This document shows positions 8,400 to 17,807 of a stretch of 22,435 nt of DNA, piece after piece (the stretch's first letter is position 1; each line of letters starts with the position of its first letter). Source of the DNA: an uncultured bacterium (GTDB lineage Bacteria; JAJVIF01; JAPKYR01); contig CBDURU010000053.1 of NCBI GenBank assembly GCA_965369865.1, forward strand, positions 1 to 22,435. Reading direction: 5' to 3'. The notes below the pieces were generated by a model. The model was not told the DNA's origin and did not search any database. It was given only the letters and a program-made list of their open reading frames with translations. Made by a program: the position numbers and the translations under genes.

Positions 8400-8837
8400 C
8401 TGTAACAATGACCTCCATTTTTGCTTTAAGCAATCTGATAATCGAATACAGTCTGAAACTAAAGATACTACTATTTTACCCAACAAATGGCAGGTAAATC
8501 AAACAATGTTGCAATATATTAATTTCGATTGAGTCCGATTTGCGGTGAACCGGACTCAGGTAATTTTTACCGGCATCCTTATTTTTAACAAATCGAGGTC
8601 CGGTTTGGACGCTTTAAAGTAAGATCCGGAACGCAGTTTGTATTAATAAGATATCCAGTTTTACAGGCCGATCATTACCGGCATTATTTATAAAATCCAG
8701 GTTTCAGGGTTAGCATTTACTCGCTTCGTAAGCGCAAAAGGGGCCAAATTTCCGAAATGCTGAACAAATGTTTTGATCCACGAGTTAATTTTCCCTGCAA
8801 CCCGCATCAATAAAGGGATTCAGGGCGTTGCAAATAC

Positions 8838-8866
8838 TCGCAATCAGGGCCGAAAAGTGCTATAAT
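8838..8866 (+). promoter_or_regulatory. Candidate sigma70 promoter of gyrA-gyrB
   Basis: TGc-TATAAT extended -10 at 8858-8866; weak -35 TCGCAA 17 bp upstream. Confidence 0.55.
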
Positions 8867-8932
8867 TTACTCTTGTGTGCGGTTCTGTTATGCCGTAAAT
8901 TTTAAGGCAATTTAAATCAAGGTTAATTAAGA

Positions 8933-11464
8933 GTGACGCAGAATAATCCACCTGAATCCACACCTGATGATCCGAATGTATCCGAAGATCAGGTGCACCC
9001 CGTAAACGGAAATATCGTTGATGTTTCCATTTCAAAAACGATGAAGGACGCCTACATTACGTACGCGCTTACCGTAATTAAATCAAGGGCACTTCCGGAT
9101 ATTCGCGACGGAATGAAACCGGTACACCGTCGGATTATCTACTCGATGCAGGAGGAGGGGTACCGGTCTGATAAGAGGCGTGTAAAGTCGGCAGCGGTTG
9201 TAGGGGATGTAAATAAAAAATATCATCCTCATGGCGATGGCGCGATTTACGACACGATCGTCCGTCTGGCCCAGGATTTCAGCCTGCGATATCCACTGGT
9301 TGACGGGCAGGGAAATTTCGGTTCGATCGATGGCGACCCTCCCGCGGCTCAAAGGTATACTGAGATCAGGCTGGCGAAATTAGCCGAAGAACTCAGCGTG
9401 GATATCAACAAGGACACGGTCAATTTTGTCCCGAGTTACGATGAGAGCAGGGTGGAGCCTGAGGTTCTTCCAGCCAGAATCCCCGCTCTTCTTATCAATG
9501 GCGGATCGGGTATCGCTGTCGGAATGGCGACAAACATCCCGCCGCATAATCTCGGCGAAGTGGTTGACGCCCACATCAGGTTAATCGAAAATCCCAAAAT
9601 TACGATTGAAGAATTGATGGAAGTGCTGCCGGGACCGGATTTTCCAACGGGGTCCAATATCTACGGATTGAAGGGAATAAAGCAGGCTTACGAAACCGGT
9701 CGCGGGGCGATCGATGTTTACGCGAAAGCGATTACCGAAGAGATTGGGGACGGCAAAAACCAGATCGTAATCACCGAGCTTCCTTACCAGGTTAAGAAAG
9801 CCGATCTTATCGAGAAAATTGCGAGGCTGGTAAAGGACGGCGCGATCGAGGGTATCCAGGATTTGCGCGATGAGTCGGACCGTACCGGAATGCGGATCGT
9901 AATTGTAATTAAAAAGGAATATATACCAAATAACATCCTCAAGAACCTGTTCAAAAAGACAGCCCTTCATTCCAGGTTCAATGTGATAATGCTCGCTCTG
10001 ATCGGTAATGAGCCCAAGGTTTTTACACTCAAGGAAGCCCTGGAAGCCTACCGCGATCATCGCATAAATGTCATTACGCGCCGGACTAAATTCGAACTGA
10101 AAGAAGCCAGGGCACGCCAGCACAAGGTCGAGGGCCTTCTCAAAGCCCTCGATATTATCGATGAAGTAATTGCCACCATCCGAAGCAGTCAAAATGCCAC
10201 AGAGGCCAGAAGCCGGTTAATAGAGGAACTTGAATTCACACAGATCCAGGCCCAGGAAATCCTGGACATGCGCCTGCAGCGGCTTACGAACCTTGAATTA
10301 ACCAGGCTCCAGAAGGAAATGGAGGAACTTGCCAATTCGATAAAGCGTTACGAGGAAATTCTCGCCGATAAAAAAGAGGTCCTGGATATTATTAAAAGCG
10401 ACCTTCTGGAGCTTAAGAAAAAATATAGCGATGAACGCCGGACGCTTATACATCCGACTGAAATCGAGATCGGCCAGGAAGAACTTATCCCTCGAACCAA
10501 GATCATTATTTCATTGACTGAAACCGGGTACATAAAGCGTATCCCCGTTAAAACATACAAAACACAGCACCGCGGCGGACGGGGTGTCCGTGGAATGAGC
10601 ACCAAGGAAACCGACCATGTCGAAAGCATCAGAGTGACAACCACGCATCACACCCTGCTGTTCTTCACCAATACCGGGCGGGTTTTTGGACTCAAGGCCT
10701 ACCGTGTTCCGAAATATGACCGTAACGCCCGTGGCCTCCCGGTCAATAACCTGATCAGCCTCCAGCCCGAGGAACGAACTGTTGCTGTACTTCCGATCGA
10801 ATCGTTCGACCAGGAAGGCTACATTTTCATGGCTACGAACAGGGGAACGGTAAAGAAGACGGCGCTTAAGGAATACGCGTTTATACCATCGACAGGGAAA
10901 ATCGCACTCGGGCTTGATGAGGGTGACAACCTGGAATGGATCAGGGTCACGAAGGGCGATGACGATGTGATCCTCGCGACCAGGCAGGGCAAGTCGATCC
11001 GGTTCAAGGAAACCGATGTTCGTCCGATGGGCCGTACTGCGCGTGGTGTAAGGGGAATCAGGCTCGGACGTGATGATGAAGTGGTGGATATGGTCACTGT
11101 CGAGGAGGGCAGGGACCTTCTGCTTATCACCGAGGGGGGCTATGGAAAACGTACTGTATTCAGTGAATTTACTTGTCAGAAACGGGGCGGGTCGGGACTC
11201 ATTATCGCGAGGGTGACGAAGAAAACCGGTAAAGTACTCAACATATTGTGCGCAGCGCCTGAAGATGAACTCCTGTTAATGAGCCAGCAGGGAATTATGA
11301 TCCGGAGCAAGGTTAATACAATCAGCAGGATCGGTCGCGCGACCCAGGGGGTAAGGGTTATGAACCTTGACAAGGACGACAAGGTGGCATCATGCGCACT
11401 GGTAATTAAAAAAGAAGACCTGCACGAAGAAGAAAGCGAGAATGATATTACCGGAACAGCCTGA
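8933..11464 (+). CDS. gyrA: DNA gyrase subunit A
   Basis: [42 protein letters not shown] (catalytic Tyr), GyrA-box QHRGGRG at 10565-10585, C-terminal pinwheel repeats and an acidic tail, which favour gyrase over ParC. Confidence 0.96.
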   Translation: MTQNNPPESTPDDPNVSEDQVHPVNGNIVDVSISKTMKDAYITYALTVIKSRALPDIRDGMKPVHRRIIYSMQEEGYRSDKRRVKSAAVVGDVNKKYHPHGDGAIYDTIVRLAQDFSLRYPLVDGQGNFGSIDGDPPAAQRYTEIRLAKLAEELSVDINKDTVNFVPSYDESRVEPEVLPARIPALLINGGSGIAVGMATNIPPHNLGEVVDAHIRLIENPKITIEELMEVLPGPDFPTGSNIYGLKGIKQAYETGRGAIDVYAKAITEEIGDGKNQIVITELPYQVKKADLIEKIARLVKDGAIEGIQDLRDESDRTGMRIVIVIKKEYIPNNILKNLFKKTALHSRFNVIMLALIGNEPKVFTLKEALEAYRDHRINVITRRTKFELKEARARQHKVEGLLKALDIIDEVIATIRSSQNATEARSRLIEELEFTQIQAQEILDMRLQRLTNLELTRLQKEMEELANSIKRYEEILADKKEVLDIIKSDLLELKKKYSDERRTLIHPTEIEIGQEELIPRTKIIISLTETGYIKRIPVKTYKTQHRGGRGVRGMSTKETDHVESIRVTTTHHTLLFFTNTGRVFGLKAYRVPKYDRNARGLPVNNLISLQPEERTVAVLPIESFDQEGYIFMATNRGTVKKTALKEYAFIPSTGKIALGLDEGDNLEWIRVTKGDDDVILATRQGKSIRFKETDVRPMGRTARGVRGIRLGRDDEVVDMVTVEEGRDLLLITEGGYGKRTVFSEFTCQKRGGSGLIIARVTKKTGKVLNILCAAPEDELLLMSQQGIMIRSKVNTISRIGRATQGVRVMNLDKDDKVASCALVIKKEDLHEEESENDITGTA

Positions 11465-11515
11465 TGGGAGAAGCGGACACGAATTAATGTAAGTATCGAT
11501 TACAAGTAAACTGAA

Positions 11516-13561
11516 ATGGCAACGAGAAAAATGAAAAATAACAACAGAGACATCGATCGGGACCTGTTTCCTATGAACGATAAGAAACCCGTGATATCGA
11601 GTAACCAAAATTCTAAGCTTAAAGAAACGAGTAAAACCAATAGCAGTTACGAGGCTAGCGATATCAAAGTTTTGAAGGGGCTTGATGCGGTACGGCGTCG
11701 TCCGGCCATGTATATCGGCTCGACCGGTGAGAAGGGCCTTCATCATCTTATATGGGAGGTTGTGGACAATTCCATCGATGAGGCGATGGCCGGGGCGGCT
11801 ACTAAGGTCCTGGTTACCTTAAATGAGGACGGGAAGAGTGTGACTGTCATCGATGATGGCCGGGGTATACCGGTCGAAATACACCCGTTAGAGAAACGTC
11901 CCGCGGTTGAAGTGGTTATGACGATCCTTCACGCGGGTGGGAAGTTTGAAGGGACAGGTTATAAGGTATCGGGTGGATTGCATGGCGTCGGTGTTAGTGT
12001 TGTAAATGCGCTTTCGGCATGGTGCGAGGTTGAAGTCAGCCGGGACGGGCATGTCTGGCACCAGAGGTACGAGCGCGGTAAAGTTGTCAGCGATCTGAAG
12101 AAAATCAATCCAACAAAGAAAACAGGAACCAAGGTCACTTTTTATCCCGACTTCGAGAAAATTTTCGAGGATATACCATACGATTTTAATAAGGTCTCAA
12201 GCAGGCTTCGCGAGCTTGCCTACCTGAATGCCGGTTTGAGAATCCAGCTTACCGATCTGCGCGACGGTGCGAAGAGAGAGGAGGAATTCTGCTACTCGGG
12301 CGGTATCTCGGCGTACGTCGAGCACATCAATTCCAAGCACAATGTCCTTTTCAACAAACCGTTTCATTTTGTGCGGGAAGTAGTGGACGAAACCGGGAAT
12401 CCTGTAATCATCGAGGCTGCCCTCCAGTACAACGACAGCTACCATGAAACCGTGCTGGCGTTCGCGAACAACATAAACACGCGTGAGGGCGGTACGCATG
12501 TCAGCGGTTTCCGTACCGCGATCACGAGCGGTATTAACCAGGTCGCGAGGGAATTGAAATTACTCAAGGAAAAGGACAGGAACCTTACAGGCGACGATTG
12601 CAAGGAAGGGCTTGCAGCGATTATCTCGGTGAAAATGACCGATCCGCAGTTCGAGGGACAGACCAAGGAGCAGCTTGGAAATACGGAAATCAAGGGGCTT
12701 GTCCATTCAGCGGTGTACGACCAATTGAAGGACTGGTTGACCGAAACCCCGTCAATCACCAGGCGCATCGTTCACAAGGGCCTGGCTGCACAGAGGGTCA
12801 GGGAGGAAACACGTAAAACAAAGGAACGGTTGAGGCGAAAAAGTTTCCTTACGAGCACATTCCTGCCGGGGAAACTTGTCGACTGTTCGGAAAAAGACCC
12901 TCATCTTACAGAAATTTTCCTTGTTGAGGGAGACAGCGCCCTCGGAAGCGCCAAGGGTTGTCGGGATCGGAGATACCAGGCGATCCTTCCATTGAAGGGT
13001 AAGATTATCAACGTCGAGAAGGCCCGGCTCGATAAAGTGCTGTCCAATGAAGAGATCACGAATATTATCACCGCGGTCGGATGCGGCATCGGCGAAGATT
13101 TCGATATCGCGAAACTCCGCTACGGTAAAATCATCCTCCTGACCGACGCGGATGTCGACGGCAGCCACATAATGACCCTCGCACTGACTTTTTTCTACCG
13201 CCATATGCACGAACTTGTCAAACGCGGCCATGTCTATATCGCCCAGGCTCCGCTTTACAGGGTGCGGTGGGGCGACAAGGATTTCTACGCCCTCAACGAC
13301 CGGGAACTTGAAGGAATTGTCGAGGCAAAACTTAAAGGGAAACGGTACGATGTAAATCGCTTCAAAGGTCTTGGTGAGATGAACGCCGAGGACCTGTGGA
13401 GAACCACCATGGATCCCGAAAATCGCATCCTGCTCAGGGTCGAGATCATGGATGCCCAGGAAGCTGAGACTACTTTTGTGGGTTTGATGGGAGACGATGT
13501 CGAACCCAGGCGCGTATTTATCAACACGTATGCTCCCCAGGTGGAGTACCTCGAAATTTAA
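11516..13561 (+). CDS. gyrB: DNA gyrase subunit B (start uncertain: 11516, 11531 or 11573)
   Basis: LKGLDAVRRRPAMYIGS, EVVDNSIDE, DDGRGIP, SGGLHGVGVSVVNALS, EGDSA, PLKGKIINVEKA, TDADVDGSHI, RFKGLGEMN; short form without the E. coli-type insertion. Confidence 0.95.
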   Translation: MATRKMKNNNRDIDRDLFPMNDKKPVISSNQNSKLKETSKTNSSYEASDIKVLKGLDAVRRRPAMYIGSTGEKGLHHLIWEVVDNSIDEAMAGAATKVLVTLNEDGKSVTVIDDGRGIPVEIHPLEKRPAVEVVMTILHAGGKFEGTGYKVSGGLHGVGVSVVNALSAWCEVEVSRDGHVWHQRYERGKVVSDLKKINPTKKTGTKVTFYPDFEKIFEDIPYDFNKVSSRLRELAYLNAGLRIQLTDLRDGAKREEEFCYSGGISAYVEHINSKHNVLFNKPFHFVREVVDETGNPVIIEAALQYNDSYHETVLAFANNINTREGGTHVSGFRTAITSGINQVARELKLLKEKDRNLTGDDCKEGLAAIISVKMTDPQFEGQTKEQLGNTEIKGLVHSAVYDQLKDWLTETPSITRRIVHKGLAAQRVREETRKTKERLRRKSFLTSTFLPGKLVDCSEKDPHLTEIFLVEGDSALGSAKGCRDRRYQAILPLKGKIINVEKARLDKVLSNEEITNIITAVGCGIGEDFDIAKLRYGKIILLTDADVDGSHIMTLALTFFYRHMHELVKRGHVYIAQAPLYRVRWGDKDFYALNDRELEGIVEAKLKGKRYDVNRFKGLGEMNAEDLWRTTMDPENRILLRVEIMDAQEAETTFVGLMGDDVEPRRVFINTYAPQVEYLEI

Positions 13562-13650
13562 GAGGCTTCGAAAATCGCATATTGTCACCGGCAGATGCGC
13601 AATTTTCCTGATTTAATTATAATTAATGTTATTTAAACCGCTTGTCTGTT

Positions 13651-13678
13651 TTGCATTCTCCCGGATTCAGGGTACACT
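13651..13678 (+). promoter_or_regulatory. Possible sigma70 promoter of the 233-aa gene
   Basis: TTGCAT-N16-TACACT in the AT-rich gap. Confidence 0.35.
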
Positions 13679-13744
13679 TTAAATAGCTGGATTTACCATC
13701 AGACCGATTGGTTGAATTCTTCACAGGTTTTTCAGATATTATAA

Positions 13745-14446
13745 ATGGCGATGAATATCCCATCCGACGATACCGAACGCAGGCAGTGCGTACAATTTGC
13801 GGATCAGATTTTTACTGACGCCGCGAGTACGCGTGCCACCGAAATCTTCTTCAGGATCGAGGATAACAGGGTGCAGTCATTTTTCATGGTCGACGGGAAA
13901 TTTGAGAAGAGTCTCGCCATTCCGATAACCTACTGGGATCTCATCAGGCACATCCTCCAGACCGATTATTTCGACACCGGGCAGTACCAGTTAAAGTACC
14001 AGGGCGTCCTTTGTGTTTTTGAATGGACGGAGGATGATTCCGGTGCTATACGGATCCCAATAACCCGCAAGAACATACCGGGACGTCGTTACGACCGGCT
14101 CGAGGATGTCTTCCGGTCGTTCGAGGACCCGAGCTGGGATGCCGTCAAGCTGATCTTCCTTTCGATCCTGAATCTTGCCCTCGAACAGGAGCACGATGAA
14201 TTAAACATGGAGCTCGACGGCCAGGTGGTCGAGATCACTTACCTCCGCAACGACTCACTCATGACCAGCATGACAATTTCGTCGGATTCGTACGATGCTC
14301 TTACGCGTTTAATCAGCGAGAATTATTTTGCTTTCGGATTCATGACACGCGAGTTCCGTGAGAAAGAGTACCTGATCCGGCTGAAGGAAGAGGACCAGGA
14401 TACAATTTCACCGAGGATCCGCCTCGAAATCGAACCCCTTCTCTAA
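13745..14446 (+). CDS. Hypothetical cytoplasmic protein with two PilB/GspE N2-domain-like repeats and no ATPase domain
   Basis: FADQIFTDAASTRATEIFFRIEDNRVQSFFMVDG and VKLIFLSILNLALEQEHDELNMELDGQVVEITYLRND both echo the pattern VN.IL.DA...ASDIHIEP.....VRYRIDG; no Walker A. The ORF is solid, the domain call is by eye. Confidence 0.65.
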   Translation: MAMNIPSDDTERRQCVQFADQIFTDAASTRATEIFFRIEDNRVQSFFMVDGKFEKSLAIPITYWDLIRHILQTDYFDTGQYQLKYQGVLCVFEWTEDDSGAIRIPITRKNIPGRRYDRLEDVFRSFEDPSWDAVKLIFLSILNLALEQEHDELNMELDGQVVEITYLRNDSLMTSMTISSDSYDALTRLISENYFAFGFMTREFREKEYLIRLKEEDQDTISPRIRLEIEPLL

Positions 14447-14454
14447 GACGCATT

Positions 14455-14564
14455 GAATTCATGGGGACGCTTTTCCATGCTTCCAGCATTGAAAGTGTCC
14501 CCATGAATTCTTAGTTACACGGGACACCTTCAATGCTGGAAGCATGGAAAGGCGTCCCTGAATC
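14455..14564. repeat. Inverted pair of REP-like palindromes (GGGGAC...GTCCCC type); may also act as a bidirectional terminator
   Basis: Copy 1 (14455-14510) gaattcatggggacgcttttc...gaaagtgtccccatgaattc is a long hairpin. Copy 2 (14521-14558) gggacaccttcaatgctggaagcatggaaaggcgtccc is the reverse complement of the copy 1 core with 2 changes. The pair lies between convergent genes. Confidence 0.85.
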
Positions 14565-14656
14565 TAAGATTGGTCTAACTACCCTGCAATACAATCGACG
14601 TATTTTTTTATTTCAGGATGTTCCCGGCCTGTACAGAGGGGACTATTGCCATTCCC

Positions 14657-17584
14657 TCACCAATTACCATCCGGAGGGAACCTGGTTAGGAATGTATCAC
14701 CGGCTCCACCAATGGTATATTCATATACCGAATGTAAGTCTTCACCTGGACCTGGGTCGAAATCAGCAGTACCATAGAATCTTCCTACAACACTTGCATA
14801 GCCAAGTGAGTCTGCAGCAACCCCAAACGCATCGATATTCGAATCTAGCCCTCCCCATGTCCCAACCCATAAAAACTCACCGTCAGCATTGAATTTGCTC
14901 AGGTAGCAATTGTACCCACCATTTGCGGTTCTTTCTTCAATCCCGGGTCCCGGGTCGAAATCAGCAGTCGATTTAAAAATCCCTGTAAGAAATATATTAT
15001 CCCAGGCATCCAGACCGATCGATAACCAACGATCGTACCAATACGGGGCGGCATTCCAGGTTAAAGCCCATATAAAATCACCATCGGTATTAAACCTGCT
15101 CATATATGGGCCATACGCCCCATAAGCACTAGCTGCGGTTAGTTCAAATTCTCCCGGACCGGGATCGAAGTCCACAGTCTCGTGAAAAAATCCAATAGCA
15201 CTAATATTATCATTACTATCTATAGCCACCCCATGTCCTTCTTCCCATTGGGTGCCTCCCCACGTTCTCACCCATTGATATTCACCATCACTCGTGAACT
15301 TGCTCAGAAAGACATCCAAATCATAGTCCGGGGGAAAGCCAGTCGCTGAATGGAAATCAGTTTCCGGGCCGGGATCAAAATCTACCATCCCTTCAAAGTA
15401 CCCTGTACAATACACAGAATCATTGGAATCAATTGCGATCCCTCTTACCTTGTTTTCAAATATATGTTGCTCATATGGTTCTGACCCCCATGTCCCTACC
15501 CAGATAAAATCACCTGTCGGGCTTAGTTTTTCGATGTAACAATCTTGTTCAAAATGCGCTGTATGGAACTCGGTCCCTGGACCAGGATCAAAATCAATGG
15601 TTCCATCAAAAGACCCTCCAATGTAGATATTTCCAGTCCCATCAAGGCTGATTTGAGAAGCTCCAATCCCACCTTCATCCCCTCCCCAAGTTTTCGTCCA
15701 CTGGAAAATACCTGCCGTACTGTAAGAGCACAGGAAGATATCGGCCCCTGATCCGGCAAAATATTTTGTCTGTGTTGGATCTCCCTCAAAAGTCAATGGA
15801 TACCAGAAATTTCCTACTGCATAAAGTTTACCATTGTCACCTATAATAAGTGATGCAGGTGCGGAGCTGGAAGATCCTATCAATGTTCGTACCCATTTGA
15901 ATTGGCCATCTCTGCCAAATTTACTGATAAATCCAGCAGCAGAATGCCTCATTGTTTCCAGAAACGGACTTGGATCAAAATCAATTGTCGAGCCATAATA
16001 ACCCGCAACATAAATGTTTCCCGCGTCATCCACAGCTACATTCCATGCTGAGTCAGAATACTGACTCCCCCACGTGCGTGCCCAGCCTTCACCTTCCTTG
16101 ATCATCACTTCCAGAGGCTCAAAGAGCGTTCGGGACGACCCCTCGTTGTCGGTTACCCTAAGGTTTACACTATGTGTGCCGGGTGTACTGAACCAGTGAA
16201 ACGCGAAATAGCCCTCGTCATCGAACGTCCCGTCCATATCCCAGTCCCACTCAAATTTCGTAATAGCACCGCCATCAGGATCGTATGAACCGTTATTGCG
16301 AAACTGAACAGGTTTTCCGACTGTCTGCGGGACAGGATACGCCAGTGCCTCGGCAACCGGCAGCGCGTCGACACCCCCTTGAAGGAATACCGGAATTACG
16401 TGAGTTGCTCCCCTAGAACCAAGATTTGGATCTTCATCCGTATCTGAAACATAAATTTCAAGTGGGTAAATACCTTCCTCAATCGATAACTGTAGCTCTT
16501 GTTCAATAATCGCTGTAAATAAAAAACTATCTTCGCCTGTTTCTTTATAAAATTCAAAATGAGGTGTATCAGATACGGGTGAAGACCACCATATAAGCCA
16601 GCCATCAAGTCGATTTAACCTGCTACTGAACGAGGGAATTGATACACCATCAAAATCATTATATCTTATGGTTTCATGCCCCTGATGATCGAATACCTCT
16701 ACCTCAATTATCGCTTTACTTCCAGGGTCTGTTGTTAGACCATCTCCAATAGTGATATTGAGTTTGTATGCTTCAGGGCAATTGGCAGTAATTGGGAAAT
16801 CATCCACAGGATCAACAACAGGATCAGCATCCGGAAGAGCCCAGCATACATTTACTGCGTACCCGAAATCAAATGGAATGCCAGGAAGCGCAATCTGTAA
16901 AGTTCGTGATTCCTCAGTTCCCGGAAGGAACATCCTGCGAGGATTTTCTTTACCGTACGCAACATACGCATTTAGTTGGCCGGACCGGTTTTCGCCCCAT
17001 GAGAGCACACCTGGATAATAATTAAACACTGCTGGTTCGTCGGGATTGAATGGATACCAATATTCGCAAAATAGCCCTGTGTAACCATCTGCATTAATAC
17101 AAACCGGCAAATCATTTCCCCAGGCAAATTGGAGCCCTGCCTCAGAATTACCATCAGTCATAAAAATCCCCCGGACATCGAATATTGTCAGAGCCAGGTT
17201 GCCTTCAAAAGGGTGTTTAATTGTCATATCCACATCTAACTGACCCGGCGTTGAAAAATCGAAATTGTCGAACCTCAGGCAGTCAGCACATGCCTTCTCA
17301 AGGAGCCTGACAATGTTCAGATGCATGTCCGCGTTACGCCTTTGAGACCCGGTTACTGTCTGGGTGGCAGGATCGACATGAAAATCCCAGACACCCAGAG
17401 TGTACCGGTTGCCAGAATTTGGTATCCCATCAGACAGACCGATATTTTGATTCGAGCCAGGATCAGCAGGGGTTACTGGATAAGTATGCTTCCCTGATCC
17501 GGAGCATCCGCAAAGAAGCAGGACCAGTATCGTGATGATACAGGTATGGAGCACACAATGACTTCGGGATTTTATTGCTGTCAT
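14657..17584 (-). CDS. Large lipoprotein: unknown N-terminal region, PKD domain, SBBP-like beta-propeller; likely start ATG 17584
   Basis: GGAGG-ttttg-ATG; lipobox LLLCG-C; PKD motif GSYDPDGG.I..FEWDWD.DGTFD...F..PG...V.LRVTDNEG; blades W..TWGG...D....AVD..GNIYV.G.F....DFDPGPG, with DFDP occurring six times. Confidence 0.87.
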   Translation of the reverse strand: MTAIKSRSHCVLHTCIITILVLLLCGCSGSGKHTYPVTPADPGSNQNIGLSDGIPNSGNRYTLGVWDFHVDPATQTVTGSQRRNADMHLNIVRLLEKACADCLRFDNFDFSTPGQLDVDMTIKHPFEGNLALTIFDVRGIFMTDGNSEAGLQFAWGNDLPVCINADGYTGLFCEYWYPFNPDEPAVFNYYPGVLSWGENRSGQLNAYVAYGKENPRRMFLPGTEESRTLQIALPGIPFDFGYAVNVCWALPDADPVVDPVDDFPITANCPEAYKLNITIGDGLTTDPGSKAIIEVEVFDHQGHETIRYNDFDGVSIPSFSSRLNRLDGWLIWWSSPVSDTPHFEFYKETGEDSFLFTAIIEQELQLSIEEGIYPLEIYVSDTDEDPNLGSRGATHVIPVFLQGGVDALPVAEALAYPVPQTVGKPVQFRNNGSYDPDGGAITKFEWDWDMDGTFDDEGYFAFHWFSTPGTHSVNLRVTDNEGSSRTLFEPLEVMIKEGEGWARTWGSQYSDSAWNVAVDDAGNIYVAGYYGSTIDFDPSPFLETMRHSAAGFISKFGRDGQFKWVRTLIGSSSSAPASLIIGDNGKLYAVGNFWYPLTFEGDPTQTKYFAGSGADIFLCSYSTAGIFQWTKTWGGDEGGIGASQISLDGTGNIYIGGSFDGTIDFDPGPGTEFHTAHFEQDCYIEKLSPTGDFIWVGTWGSEPYEQHIFENKVRGIAIDSNDSVYCTGYFEGMVDFDPGPETDFHSATGFPPDYDLDVFLSKFTSDGEYQWVRTWGGTQWEEGHGVAIDSNDNISAIGFFHETVDFDPGPGEFELTAASAYGAYGPYMSRFNTDGDFIWALTWNAAPYWYDRWLSIGLDAWDNIFLTGIFKSTADFDPGPGIEERTANGGYNCYLSKFNADGEFLWVGTWGGLDSNIDAFGVAADSLGYASVVGRFYGTADFDPGPGEDLHSVYEYTIGGAGDTFLTRFPPDGNW

Positions 17585-17736
17585 CAAAACCTCCATAGTA
17601 TAAATATAAAGGAAAATCGGCAATAATCAAGTGCATAACGGGTGCGGTGGTTTGGGAATACGTATGCAAATATTGCCAAATATGTGATTTGATGCGATAA
17701 TCTATATAGTAAAGCTTGAAATTGATGCGTCTAATT

Positions 17737-17765
17737 TGAACCTCCGGGCGGGTAACCGCATCTAA
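17737..17765 (+). promoter_or_regulatory. Candidate ECF-sigma autoregulatory promoter
   Basis: TGAACC-N16-CATCTAA resembles SigW/RpoE-type TGAAAC-N16-CGTCTAA and lies 42 bp upstream of the ECF gene. A second CGTCTAA at 17728-17734 has no matching -35. Confidence 0.6.
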
Positions 17766-17807
17766 CTTGTAATACTATAATACCCGACCGGAGGATAACT
17801 GGAGTTT

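Noticed and set aside
11462..11518. gyrA-gyrB read-through fusion, since both genes share a frame
   Set aside because: A second in-frame stop (TAA, 11507-11509) lies in the gap.
8933..13561. Topoisomerase IV (parC/parE) instead of gyrase
   Set aside because: The A subunit has an intact GyrA-box (QHRGGRG), a full C-terminal domain and an acidic tail.
12752..13588. 278-aa antisense ORF and the other overlapping ORFs in the track (e.g. 9581-10192, 17898-18476, 4439-4951, 2485-2901)
   Set aside because: They are shadows of well-supported genes on the opposite strand or frame and show no recognisable motifs.
14533..14892. 119-aa ORF
   Set aside because: It starts inside the REP-like repeat and runs antisense into the lipoprotein 3' end; no SD or motif.
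14657..16020. Diversity-generating retroelement target or template among the DFDPGPG repeats
   Set aside because: The repeats are diverged propeller blades differing at all base types, and there is no reverse transcriptase in the window.
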